Assembly: GCA_964016885.1 (NCBI GenBank)
Contig: OZ024742.1
Coordinates: forward strand, 18,042,001 to 18,106,000
Source: Eledone cirrhosa
Taxonomy: Eukaryota
Direction of reading: 5' to 3'
Length of the DNA stretch: 64,000 nt
Shown piece after piece: positions 25,060 through 37,440 of the stretch; the stretch's first letter is position 1; each line of letters starts with the position of its first letter. The position numbers were made by a program, and so were the translations under genes. Under the pieces are notes generated by a model. That model had not been told where the DNA came from. It ran no database searches and saw only the letters and a program-made list of their open reading frames with translations.

Positions 25060-25511
25060 GCTGCCAAGAAAGAAATTTTTCGGCAAAAAAATAGATATTT
25101 ATTTTACCCCCTAAAAAAGGGGTAAATGCAAAAATGTTTCCCTAAATAACAGGGGTTAGTGTTCCAAATGTGTTGCACTGAAAAATTTATCTGGTACTTA
25201 CTATAGTAAGGGTAAATCCCGATGGAATAGCGGAGCCGGTGTGAAGCGTGTCTTACTCTATCAAGATAGATAGATACATAGATAGATAGATATAGGAAAA
25301 TGGGTTAACCGACCGTCTGAAAGCCCAGACGAGGGTGTCAAGCTAAACAACAATATCAAATTCAACAATGAACTTACAGTTTTTTGAATAGTAAATCTGT
25401 AAAAACTTCGCAGCGAAGTGACACACGTCTATCGATCAGGAGATAGATAGACGTGTACCAAACACACACACACATTTCTTACTCTCTCTGTCCCTCCATC
25501 TTTCTTTATTC

Positions 25512-25566
<55 letters not shown>

Positions 25567-26139
25567 GTTGTTGAAAAGAGCAGTGGCCTTTGACCTGGCA
25601 ATAAAAACTGGAGTCAAAATTCTTTCTGTACCAAAACCAAGACACGCACACAGACGTTTGTGTGTGTGTGTGTGCGTGCGCGTTTATGTGTGTGTGTGTG
25701 TATCTATCTATGTATATATATAAGGAATACAGATATTTCTTTCTCACTGTCACCAAGCTTCTCAATTCATTCGTTGCTACTAAGTATTTTATTTTGCTAC
25801 GAGGTATTTTATTTTCAAAGGTAATATTTTCCCCCTGGGTTTGTAATTTCAGAGAAAGGTAAGAAATTCTTCTTATTTTGCATTTTTGTATTTTGACTTT
25901 ACAGTTTGAATTGTAGAATTGTCTATCCACTCAAAATATTACAACAGCTAACAGTGAAATATAGAATTTAAAAAAAAAAGCTTTTTCGACTCAGATCAAA
26001 TCTTTGACAACATTCTCGTCTATTTTTCAAAAATATATCATTTGAAATAGTTTGCTTTTGTTTTGGACTGAAACTTTTTTGTATTTAATTCGTACGAGTA
26101 TTTTTAAAGATTCTAACATAACTTGATTTGGCCCAGTGA

Positions 26140-26255
26140 TCTATTGATATCAAAATCAGTAGTATATAGAAAAATGAAAAAATAGGATAGGGAGTCGTTT
26201 CGTGATTTCGAGGCGCAAAAGGGGGCGTTTGGTCGAAATGGGTTGAGAACCTTTG
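26140..26255 (+). mobile_element. hAT right-end fragment of the same family as 45001-47601
   Basis: GATATCAAAATCAGTAGTATAT ... GGGTTGAGAACCTTTG aligns to about 47495-47601. Confidence 0.8.
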
Positions 26256-26499
26256 ATATACTCAATATTACTGTAAGGATGAGAGGTAAATTTAACCTCG
26301 GCGGGATTTGAACCCAAATATAACACCAAAAAATACGACCAGACCGAGAGAAACAAAAAGAAAAACGATCGTTGTTGTTGTTATTATATAAGTTCAAATC
26401 CGAGGTTAACTTTGCCTTCATCCTTACGAGGTCGATAAAATAAAGTACCAGTAATACACTGGGATAATTGCTGGCCTTGTGCCAATAGTAGAAACAACA

Positions 26500-26775
26500 T
26501 TACTGTGTGTGAAAGACATAGTATGGATGAAGTGAGAGAGAAACTGGGTATAAGAGGAACCAGATACAGTGTGTATGAGAGAAGAGTGCGCTGGTGTGGA
26601 TATGTGATGTACATGGATGATGATCCCTAGGTGAAGAAGTGCCAAGAAATCCTGGAGGAAGAAGGGTGCAGTAGATGAAGACCAAGATGGACTTGGATGG
26701 GAGTAGTGAGGGGTGATCTTGAATCGTTGAATCTCACGAAGAGATGACATAGAATCATGAAAAATGGAGAGATGG
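26500..26775 (+). mobile_element. RTE-type LINE 3' fragment
   Basis: Degenerate RRVRWCGYVMYMDDD..VKKC...RPR.TW..VVRGDL motif. A cleaner copy lies at 32644-32868; others at about 36170-36245 and 49140-49300. Confidence 0.65.
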
Positions 26776-26793
26776 TAAAGTGGCCTTAAAATG

Positions 26794-26870
<77 letters not shown>

Positions 26871-27399
26871 GGCGATTCCTCCTATACCCAGTTTCTCTCA
26901 GTTCATCCATGCTTTGTCATTCACACACATGGAGTGGGAAGACCTAGGAAGACTTAGAATGAGTTGAGAAAAGCTGACCTTGCACAATTTCACCTCTCAA
27001 AGGCGATGACACAGGACCGAGATCTCTGGCGTTATGCAGTAATACAGAAGACCCACATCACTGTAAAGTGGTCGTGGTGACGACCCGACAAAAAACACCC
27101 AGCCCATACTGTAAAGTGGTTGTGTAGGCGTCACAACAAAAAGTATCCAACCAACACTGTAAAGTGATCGTGTAGGTGTCACGACAAAAAGCACCCAATG
27201 CTTACTGTAAATGTGGTTGGCGTTAGAAAGGGCATCCAGGTGTGGAAATCGAGGCAAAAGCACCTCTGTATGAGCAATGCGTGGTCACCAGACCTAGCAT
27301 TTCTCACAACAGGACAACTCATCTAACCCATGCTAGCTAGTATATGTGTGTGTGTGTGTGAACTGTATTTTACAGACTGAAGTTATACAATGATGGAAA

Positions 27400-27760
27400 T
27401 ACTAAAAAAAAAAGATAAAGACAAAATTATGTAATAAAAAGAGTGGGAAAGAGGTAAAGAAGGGCAGATCTGGCTGTGTGGGAAGCAAAGGAAACGACTA
27501 TAAATGCCGTAAATAAGAGAAAAGGGAGGGGAAAAAGCAAGGACTATTAGGAAACGGAAAAGAGGGGGAGGGTGAGAGGCTTTACACCTAGGTCGGGGTT
27601 CGGCTGCGGACAAAACTACAAAGGCATTTCCGCGGACAATGACCAGCGACACCCGCTGCAACTACACGTTAATTCGCCAGACGTTCAGTTGACCAAACAA
27701 CTGATTGCTCATCGCCAAAACCGGTGGAGGATCCATCGTACCAATATAAAATTTACTGTA
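27400..27760 (-). mobile_element. CRE-like (restriction-like endonuclease) LINE 3' fragment
   Basis: QRVSLVIVRGNAFVVL resembles the CRE-type C-terminus. The 3' UTR is shared with 50300-50630. Confidence 0.6.
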
Positions 27761-28165
27761 AATATTCATGATTTTTTTTTTATTATTTGCGTTTTTCATT
27801 GAATAACATATCTTCAAAATTGATTACCTCCCTTAGAGCATAGCTTACTACAAGTTTCTGTTACATATTTAACCATTGCTTAAAATACGTACAATTCGAT
27901 CATATTATATATAAAGTGCGTTTGTGTGTGTTGATGTCCTCTCTCTTTCATTCACTGCCTCCGTCTCTCTTCTCTCCCTATAGGTATATGAGAGCCTGCA
28001 CGCTGGCTGCCCTGCATACTTACTATAAATTATAAACTTTCTTGTTCAGGTGAAGACCTTAACGTGTCGTATTGGTCGAGAAACATTAGCAGAAGTCATG
28101 ATCAGAAATGGAGACCGAATAGCGGTATAAACAACACGCACTTCAGAGGCCATAAATTACAGAAT

Positions 28166-28284
28166 ATGAAGTTTGCGGGAACATGGACCTCGTTCAGCAC
28201 ACTTTTGTTTTCCTTCCTATTACTGTCACCTACCCAGTGGTGCCAACTCAGAAAATTTACAGAAGAAGATATCCGGGGTTACAA
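28166..28284 (+). CDS. EDEM2: EDEM2 coding exon 1 (signal peptide)
   Basis: [39 protein letters not shown]; phase-2 donor GTTAGT matches exon 2. A possible upstream acceptor TTCTTGTTCAG lies near 28049. Confidence 0.75.
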
Positions 28285-31200
28285 GTTAGTATTTTAACAG
28301 ATGAAGTTCAAGTTAGCTTTTAGTAATATTTTGTATTTTGTTTTTAAATATATATTGTTATATTTGGGGAGGGTCATGTTGTTATAATATTGCCAGAAAT
28401 ATATAGTGAGTGTGTTTTACTATATATTTCTGGCAATATTATAACAACATGACGCTCCCCAAATATAACAATATTTGTTTCAACACACGATTTCATATCA
28501 AAAACCTTGCAAAACAAATTCATCGCCGTTTTTAAATATAATTTTATGAAAACATGTTTTTATTTATTGAGTAACACAATAACTCGATTGTTTTATTTTT
28601 CTGTGATCGATTAAAAATAAGTACCAGTAATATACTAGGAGTTCTGATTCCATTTAGTATCCTCCTCCAATCTACAAAAAGTATATCCTACAAAATATAT
28701 TTATCTTTATATCAACTATGTTACACCTTGTATAAGATTGGTGTCATATCTAGGCAAAAGAAATGTTTTAATAATTGATGTGAGATAGTAAGGATCTATA
28801 TTGATTGTTTTACAATATCATAAATACGGTACAATACTATTCTGAATTCAAGCCATATTTTAAACCAAACATTATCAAGATGTTCACTTCTCGTATTGAT
28901 GAGGTATCGATACCAAGTTATGTTCGATACTCAGAAGTGATCATCTCTACCTTCGTATAAGTCTAATTACCCTTACTGGGTACCAAATAACCATACTTAA
29001 GATATAAATAACATTACAAATTGCTCACAATTCTTTCAGACCATCTAACGGAGTTGACTTGGTTTTATTTTCAATTTTTTTCAAATCTATTGCTGCGTTC
29101 TGTAATCGATATATTTGAGTATAATAGATCGTCACATTAAAATATGTTTACCTTATTAATTCTAACTACAGAGCATATAAATAAATTTACAGTAGAATAA
29201 CATAACAAATATGTTTTAAATATATACATAAATAACATTACAAATTCTTGGATAACATTATAAATTGCTCTAACTTATATGTTTACAACTTATAAGTCTA
29301 ACTTATATGTTGCTTTCGTGTTTTACGAAATTAAATAAGTCATATTGTTACTACTTTAAACTTGCTACCTTAATCTCTTTCGCTTTCTTCGGTTATTGTT
29401 ATCTAATGATTAGATGTTTTATGAATAAGAAAAACACAAATACATGTATGTTAAAATGACAAACATTCTTGGACTAGCAATAGTGCCTCTATGTGGTCGG
29501 TTAACCGACTTGAAAATGCGGTCAAATTTCTCGGAAATTCTCTTTAATGTTTTTAAAAAAGATATTTTTTAAAACTTCATTGCATACAGCAGTAGTAGAT
29601 ACTACATTATTCAATGAAGAGATTTATTTCAAGGGAAATTTGGCTACTATTTCTAACAAGTCGAATGACTACGTAAAGGCTCCTTCGTTGGCTTGTGATG
29701 TTGTTATTGTTGATACGCTTAATTACACATTTTGTTAATTGTCTTTAGGGAAAGGCATTAACGACACAGCTTTCCGTTTTCTTCCTCTGTAATTCTCAGA
29801 TATACGATAGTATTGTTGGTTTTTTAAATATAGGTAAAGTTTATTCACAGTTGTATAAATAACATTACAAATTGTTCACAATTCTTTCAGAATGAAAATA
29901 TAAACATATATAATAAATACAATTAACTATTGCTAGGAACCTCAAAAATATAATGCACCAAAATATACGACCCGACCGAGAGAAACAAAAACGATCATTG
30001 TTGTTATTATGAGTTTAAATCCCACCAAGGTTAACTTTGCCTTTAAACCTTACTGGATCGATAAAATAAAGTACCAGTAATGCACTGATACTTTAGTTTG
30101 CTGGCCTTGTGCCAAGTGTAGAAACAATAATATGTATGTTGTGGGGGCTTATAGTCATTCATGGAAAATAAACTCATTTGTTTATTATACGTGTATATAT
30201 TTGATTCGTCAACATCCCGTGACCTCCCTCGCTTCTACACGCGCACAGACAATATCAACACATTTCATCCTTATAACACAGCTGACGTGTGTTTGCGGGT
30301 ATCTCCTTACCCATCTGCATTTATCTATATTCAGGTAAATGCGACTTCATTTTTCGCCCTTCTAATAATAAAATATGATCGAAATTTATTGAGTTGTAGT
30401 GCTCACGTGCACTACAACTCATCAAAGGTGCGTTGGCACAAGACCAGCAATTATTCCAGTGCATTACTGGTACTTTATTTTATCGACCCCGTAAAGATGA
30501 AAGGCAAAGTTAACCTTGGCAGGACTTGAACTCACACCGTAAAGGGCCGCAACTCTATGCTGCAAAGCATGGCGTCGACCCTCCACTACCTAATAGAATA
30601 ATGTACAAAAGTCAGGAAAGTATATGTCATAATATACACACAGACACACACATGTGTATGGAGGGGAATATCAGGTGTTGATGAATTTCGGGAAACATGG
30701 AAGTTTTGAAGAGTGCAGCGTCTCGACAGCTAACAACTGATGCAGGTAGTTTGTTCAATCAATGGAAGCTAAGAAAAATGTGCTTTGATCCCCACAAAAA
30801 AAAATTCCCTGAGAAATCATACCTGACTAGATTATTTTAGTAAATATGTTTATGATTTTTTTTTTTTTTTTTTTTGTATATTTATTTCTTCCTTTCTTTT
30901 ACTTTTACACTTCGTACCGTTGTCGTTTCACTTCATTTTGTTTACAATTAATAAATAATTCAGATAAAGAATCTTGCTAAACAAATTCAGAAACGAAATA
31001 AATAATTGGTTCTACGTTTGGCACAATGCTTTTCACATTTTCGGCGGGATTTACAATCAATAAATAATTGTTTCCACTTTTGGCACAAGGCCAGCAAATA
31101 CCCAGTGCATTACTTGTACTTTATTTTATCGACCCCGTAAGGATGAAAGGCAAAGTTAACCTCAGCGGGATTAATAAATAATAATATTATTTATTCATAG

Positions 31201-34200
31201 TTGTATAAATAACATTACAAATCGTTAGCAATTCTTTCAGAATGAAAATATAAACAGAGCATGTAAATAAATTTACAGTAGAATAACATAACAAATATAT
31301 TTTAAATATATACATAAATAACATTACAAATGCTTAGACAACATTATAAATTGCTCGCGATTCATTCAGAAAGATATATTATTTTAATGTTACAATATTG
31401 AAGAAAATGTAAAGGAAGGGATGAACAACCGAGCCAACACCAGCAAAAGACAGCAGCGTCGCGAGAGGTACCGGGCAACCTCTCTAATAATTTTTGAGGC
31501 AACCCAGCACACTCGCAGCGTTGCCTCGGGTGATGGCGAGGCTAATGCGCTGGAACAGCCAAGCGCCCTCGCGAGATTCGCCAGTTACTTCTATTAGGCG
31601 AGCCGCCAGTGAAGAGAGGAACCTCTCGAAAGCCACAGGCTGAAAAATGTAGCTGGCCGACAGATCAGAGTATTTAAGGGTCTTACTCCGCTCAGCTGCG
31701 GAAGCTGTGGCTCTCAGCTAACCGCAGCAGCCACGATGCTTTTCACATTTTCCCCACCACTACCTCACCACCTGATCTTACTCCAACCCACCTGCTTATT
31801 AAATTTTGCTAATCTATCTCTGGTGGAATTTTATTATAAGTGCTAGCATTCCTTCTTTTTTGCCTACTTATTCCTGAGAGGTTCATGGGGGCAGTCTCCT
31901 CAAACACTCCTTCTAGTGGGTCCTGTCAGAAGCAACAATCTCCAACTGATCCGACTAGATCCCCAAGCAAGACCAGCCAAGATCATGGATGTTATCCAAC
32001 CACCTTACTTGGGGTCTACCCCAGGGTACCCTACCAGTTGGTTTTGCCCATAAAATCTGTCCAGTGATTCTTTCCTGAGACATTCTAACCACATGCCCAT
32101 ATTATCACAGCTGTGATAATATTCGGAGAAGCAGCAGCTCTACCTAGAACATTCCTTATTCTAGTTTATAATTGAATCCACATCCTATGCTTTCTTTTTT
32201 TCTTTTCCTTATTGATTTGTTTCTTTTGTAAACCATAATCAGTATATAAATTATATACAATCTTAATATTCCTGTAATGTAAAACTTGAGAATTCTTCTA
32301 TTAGCTCACGCTATAGAGGTTTCAAGATAGCATGAGGTAACTTGAATGTACAAGGGGCCACTTTATTTTTCCTTTCTTAGGAAAAGATTTTGACAGGAAA
32401 AAAAAACATATTTTAAATCAAAATGTGTTTGGTATAATTTACATCCATCCATGTTCATTAAAAATAAGCAGCTATAATTTAATCATTTGATTTGTATGTA
32501 TATATACATATATATATCATTTCATTTCATTTCATTTTACGTCTGCTTTTTCCCTGCTTGCAAGGGTGGGACGGGAACTGATTCTGGCTTGATTTCTACA
32601 GCTGGATGCCCTTCCTAACACCAATATATATATAATCATCATTTTACGTCATCCACTTTTCCCTGCTTGCAAGGGCGGGAGGGGTCCTATTCAGCACATC
32701 ATCTCTCCACTTGTCACGGTCCTTCGTCATCTCCGTGAGCTTCAGCGATCTGAGGTCTGCTCTTACCACCTCCGCCCATGTTTTTTGTGGTCTTCCTTTA
32801 CTGCGTCTTCCTTCTACTAGGATTTCTTGGCACTTCTTTACCCAGCAGTCATCCTCCATGCGCATCTAATGCATATATATAAGTATAAAGAAAGTGTTCA
32901 ATCGCAGAAATGCTATAAAGATAGCTTATAAAATAGTGAAAACCCTTAAAAGACGGAAAAAGAAGTTGCCATTAGCCACTATCTGGAAGATATGGTGTTC
33001 ATTTCCTCATAGAGGCCGATGGTAACTTCTTTTTCTGTCTTTTAAGGGTGTTCATCCTATTTTATAAGCTATCTTTATAGCATTTCTGTGATTGAGTATT
33101 TTCTTTATATATAATGAAGGAAGTGTGCTAAGGAACCAGATGAACCATAACGCACCAGAGTACTTGAGACTTTAGGTAGTAGAGTGGGTCGAAACGGCTT
33201 GAGCTCTGCCGTCCTGAACCTTTTCCTATATATATATACATATATCATCATCATTTTACGTCTGCTTTTCCCTGCTTGCAAGGGTGGGACGGGAACTGAT
33301 TCTGGCATGATTTCTACAGCTGCTTCAAAAGCTGAAAATTCTGCTTTCTACATTATTTGATATGAAATTTTTTAATCTATTTTTTTTTTCCAGGCAGCGT
33401 GTTGTAGATATGTTCAACCATGCATATGAAAGCTACATGAAGTATGCTTATCCATTAGATGAGCTCCGGCCTTTAACTTGTGATGGTCATGATACTTGGG
33501 GCAGGTGAGATATTTATGTGATAAAGTGTAAGGGAAGTAATTTCATAGAAGTTGACAGGATTTGAGGATTTAGCTTTTGTTTTGTTCTGTTTTTTGTGTT
33601 CAAATCCCATCATTGTTGACTTTATCTTACAACTGTCATTGTTATTGTTAAAACCACAGTCAGTCCTGCTCAGACAGACCTATGATCAAAGTCATTCCAG
33701 CCATGACCATTTGGTCTATTTGTATATCAAGGACTACATTTGTTCTATCTTTAGCATTCAAACCAGCCATATCCAGCCAGAATTCTTTCACCTCTTTCTG
33801 TTTAAAACGGCAGTAACTGGCTGCTCATACTTATGTTAAGGTATTGTTCTCAAAATAAATAATATCAAAATCTCATAGATTCGATATTATGTGAGATAAT
33901 TATGTGAGAGAAGGTGTTTACCGTGAAAATACAATAGTAAATATAGAGTAATGTAAATGCTAAAGGGTTAAGACAGTTGGATGTGTTCTCTGAAAGAGAT
34001 TGTGTTGCTATTTCTACCAGGTTAAGTAAGTGACTATAAAGAGGTTCCCTCAATTCAAATATCTACCATTAATATACTAAAGCCAGAAATACAGAAAGAG
34101 GTAGATAGAAAGTTACGACGTCACCCTCATCTGTATAGGTAGAGGGGGAGTGCCAAGCAAAAGAGATGTACATAGAGGGAGAAAAGGAATGTCATTTGTT

Positions 34201-35528
34201 TAGAAAGAGAGTATGTGTGTGTGAGAGAAAGGTAGATGTCGCCATCATCATCACCGTTTTACGTCCGTTCTTCCATGCTTAGTATGGGTTAGATGGGTTG
34301 TCCTGTTCTGGGCAGTGTCCAGTCGGTTGACCATGTCTTGCTTATACAGGAACTGATTCTGGCTTGATTTCTACAGCTGGATGCCCTTCCTAACACCAAC
34401 CACATTTACGGTGAGTGCTGGGTGCTTTTTTTCCGCCTACACGTCCACTTTGCAGTGGGAGGGGGTGGGGGCATATTGTTTTTCTTTTCAGCATCGGCTT
34501 GTACCCGTGGGAAGTCGGGTATTCTGCATCATCTAGTATATATTTATAAAACAACTGTCATTATGTTTAAAATTCTTCAGTTCAATATTCCTTGTTTTCT
34601 TGTATTTTACTCTAGTTTCTCACTAACCCTCATTGATGCTCTGGATATGTTGGCCATAATTGGCAATTATACAGAATTCCGAAGAGTGGCCAAACTGGTC
34701 CTTGACCGGGCAGATTTTGACACTGATATCAATGCTTCAGTGTTTGAGACTAATATTAGAGGTATGTAAGGATGGAATCCTCCCTTCATTCCTAAATAAC
34801 ATTATTGGTAATCATAGAATTACATTTTCTCAAACTACCTTCTTTGGTATAATACAGTTACAGATTTTTGCATTAATACATACTCTCGGGTCTTGAATAA
34901 TCAACCCCTCCCCTCACTCCTGCTTATTAAATTTTGCTCATCTATCTCCAGCAAAATTTTATTTCAAATGGTAGCAGTCTTGTGATAATTTTCTTTATAC
35001 AAAAAACATTATACATGACAAAAAAGGTACATTACCAGAAACCCCTTACCTTATAAAATAAATAGGTTGGGTTGGGGTCTCAATATGTAAACTAAATAAC
35101 TAATTCTGTTTTGTTTTTTTTAAATTAAGGGAGATAACATAGAAAAATTATTGATTTAAAGTTCACATAGTGACACTCCTCACTTCTAACTCCTGCATCA
35201 AACATCCAGTCTCTATAATTTATATACGAGGGGCTACTGAAACGTTCCTGGCTTTGAGTAAAATAAAATACAGGAGGATCAATTAATTATGATTTTATTG
35301 AACATATTCCCCTCTCAGATTCACACACTTATTGCAGTGGTCCTTCAGTTTTTTCTAAGCCCTCTTTACCATTCATATTTCTTGAGTTAACATCTTTTTC
35401 CATTGAATCCATTGTTCACTGTAAGGAAATGCAAATATTCAACCACAACAGCTATATGAATGCCAATGTTTACAGTTTATTTTATTGATTAATATTTATT
35501 AATATGATTTGGATTTAATTATTAATAA

Positions 35529-35560
<32 letters not shown>

Positions 35561-37409
35561 CATTTATATTATTTAGTTGTCGCTGGTTTAATTTCTTCAC
35601 ACTTATTTTCCAAGAAGGCAGGAATGGAAACTGATCCTGGCTGGCCATGTTCTGGTCCTCTGTTGGATTTAGCTGAAAACATGGCTCGCAGGCTTCTTCC
35701 AGGTAATTTATATGGGAGGAAATTTACTTATTTCTATATTTTTTTATAGTTTTAGTAATGTTATATATTTGCAGAAGATTTGTGGTGGCTAAGATGAAAT
35801 GAGGCAAACATGCTTTACTGGATATGTCAATGTGCATGAATGATAAAACACAAGGAAATAGAGCATAAAAGGAATTGGATGTGGCATAGAAAAGAGATGC
35901 CTGTACTGATATGGGCATTTGATATAAGGAGAGTGAGAGCTGTATATAAAGGTACTGAGTCTTTAACCCTTTCGCATTTAAACCGGCCATATCTGGCCAG
36001 ATTCTCTCACCTCTTTCTGTTCAAACCAGTCGTAACTGGCCACTCATACTGACGTTAAGGTATTGTTCTTAAAATAAATATCAAAATATCATAGATTCGA
36101 TATTATGTGAGATAAAGCCTTTACTGTGAAAATATAATAGTAAATATAGAGTAATGTAAATGCTAAAGGGTTAAAGTGGATGGAACCTATACAAGAGGAA
36201 GACCAAAGAAGACATGGGACGTAGTAGTGAAGAATGACCTTGAAACTGAGCCAGCTAGTGATATACCATAAGAAATCTATAATACAGAAGTACTATAAGC
36301 ACTGATTCTTAAAGTAAACATGATGAGAGACTTGAGGCTACAATGCTTCACAATCACACAGAACCTAGACAATGTAAAGATTGAGGGGACCCTTCAGACT
36401 GGTCTAGCATGTGACAAACTCCAGTGCAGATGGTGTAGAAATAATGCCAAATAGGGATTGCAATGAGCAATATCTGTTGCTCTGATCCATCTGGTCATAG
36501 ATTGGGACAACCTGTCCAACCCATGCCAGCATGGAAAGCAGATATACTATTTTACTATTTTTTAGCATTGTATTAATAGTACAGTTATGTACAGGTGTAT
36601 ATACACACTGAGGTATATGTAATCGATTTTCCCCTCACCCAAAACTGTTGGCCTTTTGCCTAAATCAGAAACCAATATTTTTATATTAATAAAAAAAAAA
36701 TGATTTTTTTATTTGCTTTATATCATTTTATTCTAGAATTCGCTTTTACTTATATTTTCCATTCTGTTACTTTTCATTTTTATTTTGAAGTACACCATCT
36801 ATTTATGTTTTGATCCAGCCTTCGATACACCAACCGGAATGCCATACGGTACTATTAACTTAAGACATGGAGTTCCAGCAGGAGAGACAACTGTAACTTG
36901 TACTGCTGGGGTCGGAACTTTCATTGTAGAATTTGGGACATTAAGTAGACTTACAGGAGATCCAATCTTTGAAAAAGCAGCAATGAGGGCCTTGAAATCA
37001 CTTTGGAACTTTCGATCAGATATTGACTTAGTAAGTTGTTTAATCCTTACTTTTCATAATCAGATTTTTATTGAAAGACTGCCTGTGTGTTTCATTAAAT
37101 GGTGAAAATAATCAAGCATTGGGAGGGAGGTATAGTAAAATAGCTGTTTTCATTAGTTGAGGTAAGGGCAGTGGATTGGCAGTGTCCCTTTACGTTCTGA
37201 GTTCAAATCCTGTACAGAGTCGATAAAGTAAAGCACCAGTAATGCACTGGGGTCGATTTAATCAACTTTCCCCTCCCAAATATTGCTGGCCTTGTGCCTA
37301 AAGTAGAAATCATTGTTAGTTGAGGTGGATGTACCAACATTATTGAAGGTAGAGTGTGAACAGGGGGGAAATTGTTCAGGGAGCTGATACTTTTGCTGAC
37401 AACAAAGGG

Positions 37410-37440
<31 letters not shown>

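Larger units (their letters stand above)
19579..25264 (-). mobile_element. Near-full-length Tx1-clade (L1 group) non-LTR retrotransposon
   Basis: 5' UTR, ORF1 with a CCHC knuckle, and ORF2 with APE, RT and a C-terminal zinc knuckle. GC-rich relative to its flanks and bounded on both sides by GATA repeats. Confidence 0.93.

Noticed and set aside
28045-28090. Hammerhead-like GTGAAGACC...GGTCGAGAAAC
   Set aside because: The core has G at C3 and an insertion in GAAA; the site is better explained as a splice acceptor or the EDEM2 5' UTR.
31388-31770. Possible solo LTR (GC-rich, TG start, TATTTAA)
   Set aside because: No TSD, clear 3' boundary or poly(A) signal found; left unclassified.
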